Below are positions 61,695-64,000 of a stretch of 64,000 bases of DNA, piece by piece; position 1 is the stretch's first letter, and each line of letters begins with the position of its first letter. The stretch is taken from the NCBI GenBank assembly GCA_964016885.1, contig OZ024748.1, positions 19,654,001 to 19,718,000 on the forward strand, given 5' to 3'. The DNA is from Eledone cirrhosa. Its lineage: Eukaryota. The notes beneath the pieces were generated by a model. That model saw nothing but the letters and a program-made list of their open reading frames with translations. It did not search any database and was not told the DNA's origin. A program made the translations under genes and the position numbers.

Positions 61695-62190
61695 TGTCTG
61701 ACTGTGTCCTTGTGTTTTTGTATGTCTGACTGTGTCTGTGTGTTTTTGTATGTCTGACTGTGTCTGTGTGTTTTTCTATGTCTGACTGTATCTGTGTATT
61801 TTTGTATGTCTGACTGTGTCTGTGTGTTTTTCTATGTCTGACTGTATCTGTGTGTTTTTGTATGTCTGACTGTATCTGTGTATTTTTGTATGTCTGACTG
61901 TGTCTGTGTGTTTTTGTATGTCTGACTGTATCTGTGTATTTTTGTATGTCTGACTGTGTCTGTGTGTTTTTGTATGTCTGACTGTATCTGTGTATTTTTG
62001 TATGTCTGACTGTGTCTGTGTGTTTTTGTATGTCTGACTGTATCTGTGTATTTTTGTATGTCTGACTGTGTCTGTGTGTTTGTGTATGTCTGACTGTATC
62101 TGTGTATTTTTGTATGTCTGACTGTGTCTGTGTGTTTTTGTATGTCTGACTGTATCTGTGTATTTTTGTATGTCTGACTGTGTCTGTGCC
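61695..62190. repeat. 28-bp minisatellite with 56-bp higher-order dimer
   Basis: TATGTCTGACTGTGTCTGTGTGTTTTTG alternates with TATGTCTGACTGTATCTGTGTATTTTTG. Confidence 0.92.
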
Positions 62191-62685
62191 TGTGTCGGTG
62201 TCTGTGTGTTTGAATATGTGTTTTCCTGCAGTTAGTAGAACATCCTACATATATTAAATTAACACTGGTTATATCAGGTTAGATATTGTTATATGATTAA
62301 CCAGGCACTATTAAGATATATTCAACTTAATGATATCCATATCATATTTACTACCTGGATCAACTGTGAAGTATTAGTAAATCGATCAACTTTTGTGAAC
62401 TTAAATACTAGGAGTTATTTATCTTCTTGAATGTTTACTTTTTGCGAGATCACTTGTCCTGTTAGAAAAATTGCAAGGTCGCTCTCAATGGCTCAGGGTT
62501 TAATCTAAGGAGATGTTACATCTGTACACATCTTTGAGGTAGGTGGCCATAGCATAGCACTTGATATTCTCGGAGTCTAAAAATCATTTGTAATGACTAT
62601 GCTGAAGATTGTGTGCGTGTCTTAAGCTTCTTTATCATCATGTAGTGTGTAACCACATGAAGAGTTTTAAAAAAATGTAAACTTA

Positions 62686-63210
62686 CTGCACATAATAGAT
62701 TTAGAACTGAACTGCACAAAAGTAGATTAATACTGCACAAAATTATATTTAAAACTGCACAAAATTATACAGAATTGCACAAAATTAGACAAAACTGCAC
62801 AAAATTAGATATAAACTGCACAAAATTAGACGAAACTGCACAAAATTAGATATAAACTGCACAAAATTAGATTTGAAATTGCATAAAATTCGATTTTAAA
62901 CTGCACAAAAGTAGATTAAAACTGCACAAAATTAGAGTTACCACTGCACAAAAGTAGATTTAAATCTGTACAAACGTAATTTTAAACTGCACAAAGGTAG
63001 ATTTAAAACTGCACAAAATTAGATTAAAAACTGGACAAAATTAGATTTAAAACTGTGCAAAATTAGATTTAAAACTGCACAAAATTAGATTTGAAACTGC
63101 GCAAAAGTAAATTAAAAAAATTGCCCAAAATTAGATTTAAAACTGTACAAACGTAGATTAAAATCTAAACATGATTAAATTTAGTACTGGACTGCACAAA
63201 CATAGATTTA
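62686..63210. repeat. ~22-bp minisatellite (AAACTGCACAAAATTAGATTTA)
   Basis: More than 20 imperfect tandem units. Confidence 0.92.
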
Positions 63211-63435
63211 AATGTTTAGAAGCAGCAGTCAAATTTTAGAAATTCACGAATTTTTTAGGCGAGTACCATGACCTCTTGTACGATATTTTATAATATGGTC
63301 AATAAATATATATCATTGGTATTCCTATAGCAACCTTTTCCAGTATACTTAAAAGGGTAAATCTACACCAGTGAAATGAACTCAGTAACTTGATGGACCA
63401 AGCATGATATTGTAATATATATATATATACTGCAC

Positions 63436-63466
<31 letters not shown>

Positions 63467-64000
63467 ATTGTACAGTAATTGCACCGAATGCTACTAACAC
63501 CTTCTTCTTTATAAACAATGCAGATGCCATACTATGTATATAATTATATAAATACAAACATACATACACGACACACTCAGACAAACACACACACACACAC
63601 ATTTATATATGTATATATATATATATATATATATTCATATATACATATATATACACATATACATACACACACACATATATATGTACTTCCATATATATAT
63701 ATATATATATACTATTATAAATGTACATATATATATATATATATATATAAGTATATATACATTTATATATATATACACACACACATATATGCATGTATGT
63801 ATATATTAATATATATTTCTAACCTACTAAGAAAACATATACAAGCTACAAGCCATAATTGCCCTATTTTACATTCATTTATCAATTTGACTCACTTTAA
63901 AAATTCATTTTTTTAATTTTATTTCATCTTACTTTATGTAAATTACTTTCGCATTGCCGCGCTCTGTGTATCATAATGTCCTCGAAGAAAATCATGGCAT

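Overview
This 64-kb window is very AT-rich, non-coding eukaryotic DNA saturated with (TA)n, (CA)n, (CATA)n and (TAA)n microsatellites. The repeat landscape suggests an octopod cephalopod (inference). No host exon could be supported, and almost all listed ORFs are microsatellite read-throughs. Recognisable coding remnants are 3' fragments of non-LTR retrotransposons (R4/Dong-like, CRE-like, CR1, RTE, Tx1-like) and a mariner 5' end. The window also holds two tRNA-SINE groups, a Helentron/HINE-like element and four minisatellites. The main hidden structure is at least 8 families of short elements embedded in (TA)n tracts. Many form long palindromes, and many carry type I hammerhead ribozyme (HHR) motifs: about 20 motifs read by eye, with CUGANGA, CCGAAGA and compensatory U3-A8 cores and palindromic stem III. 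In the palindromes, the two arms diverge from the centre. One arm runs to the family 3' end and the other stops at an internal TA microhomology. This fits (TA)n-targeted Penelope-like retroelement or retrozyme relics inserted by twin priming. All motifs were read manually and none were computed or tested.
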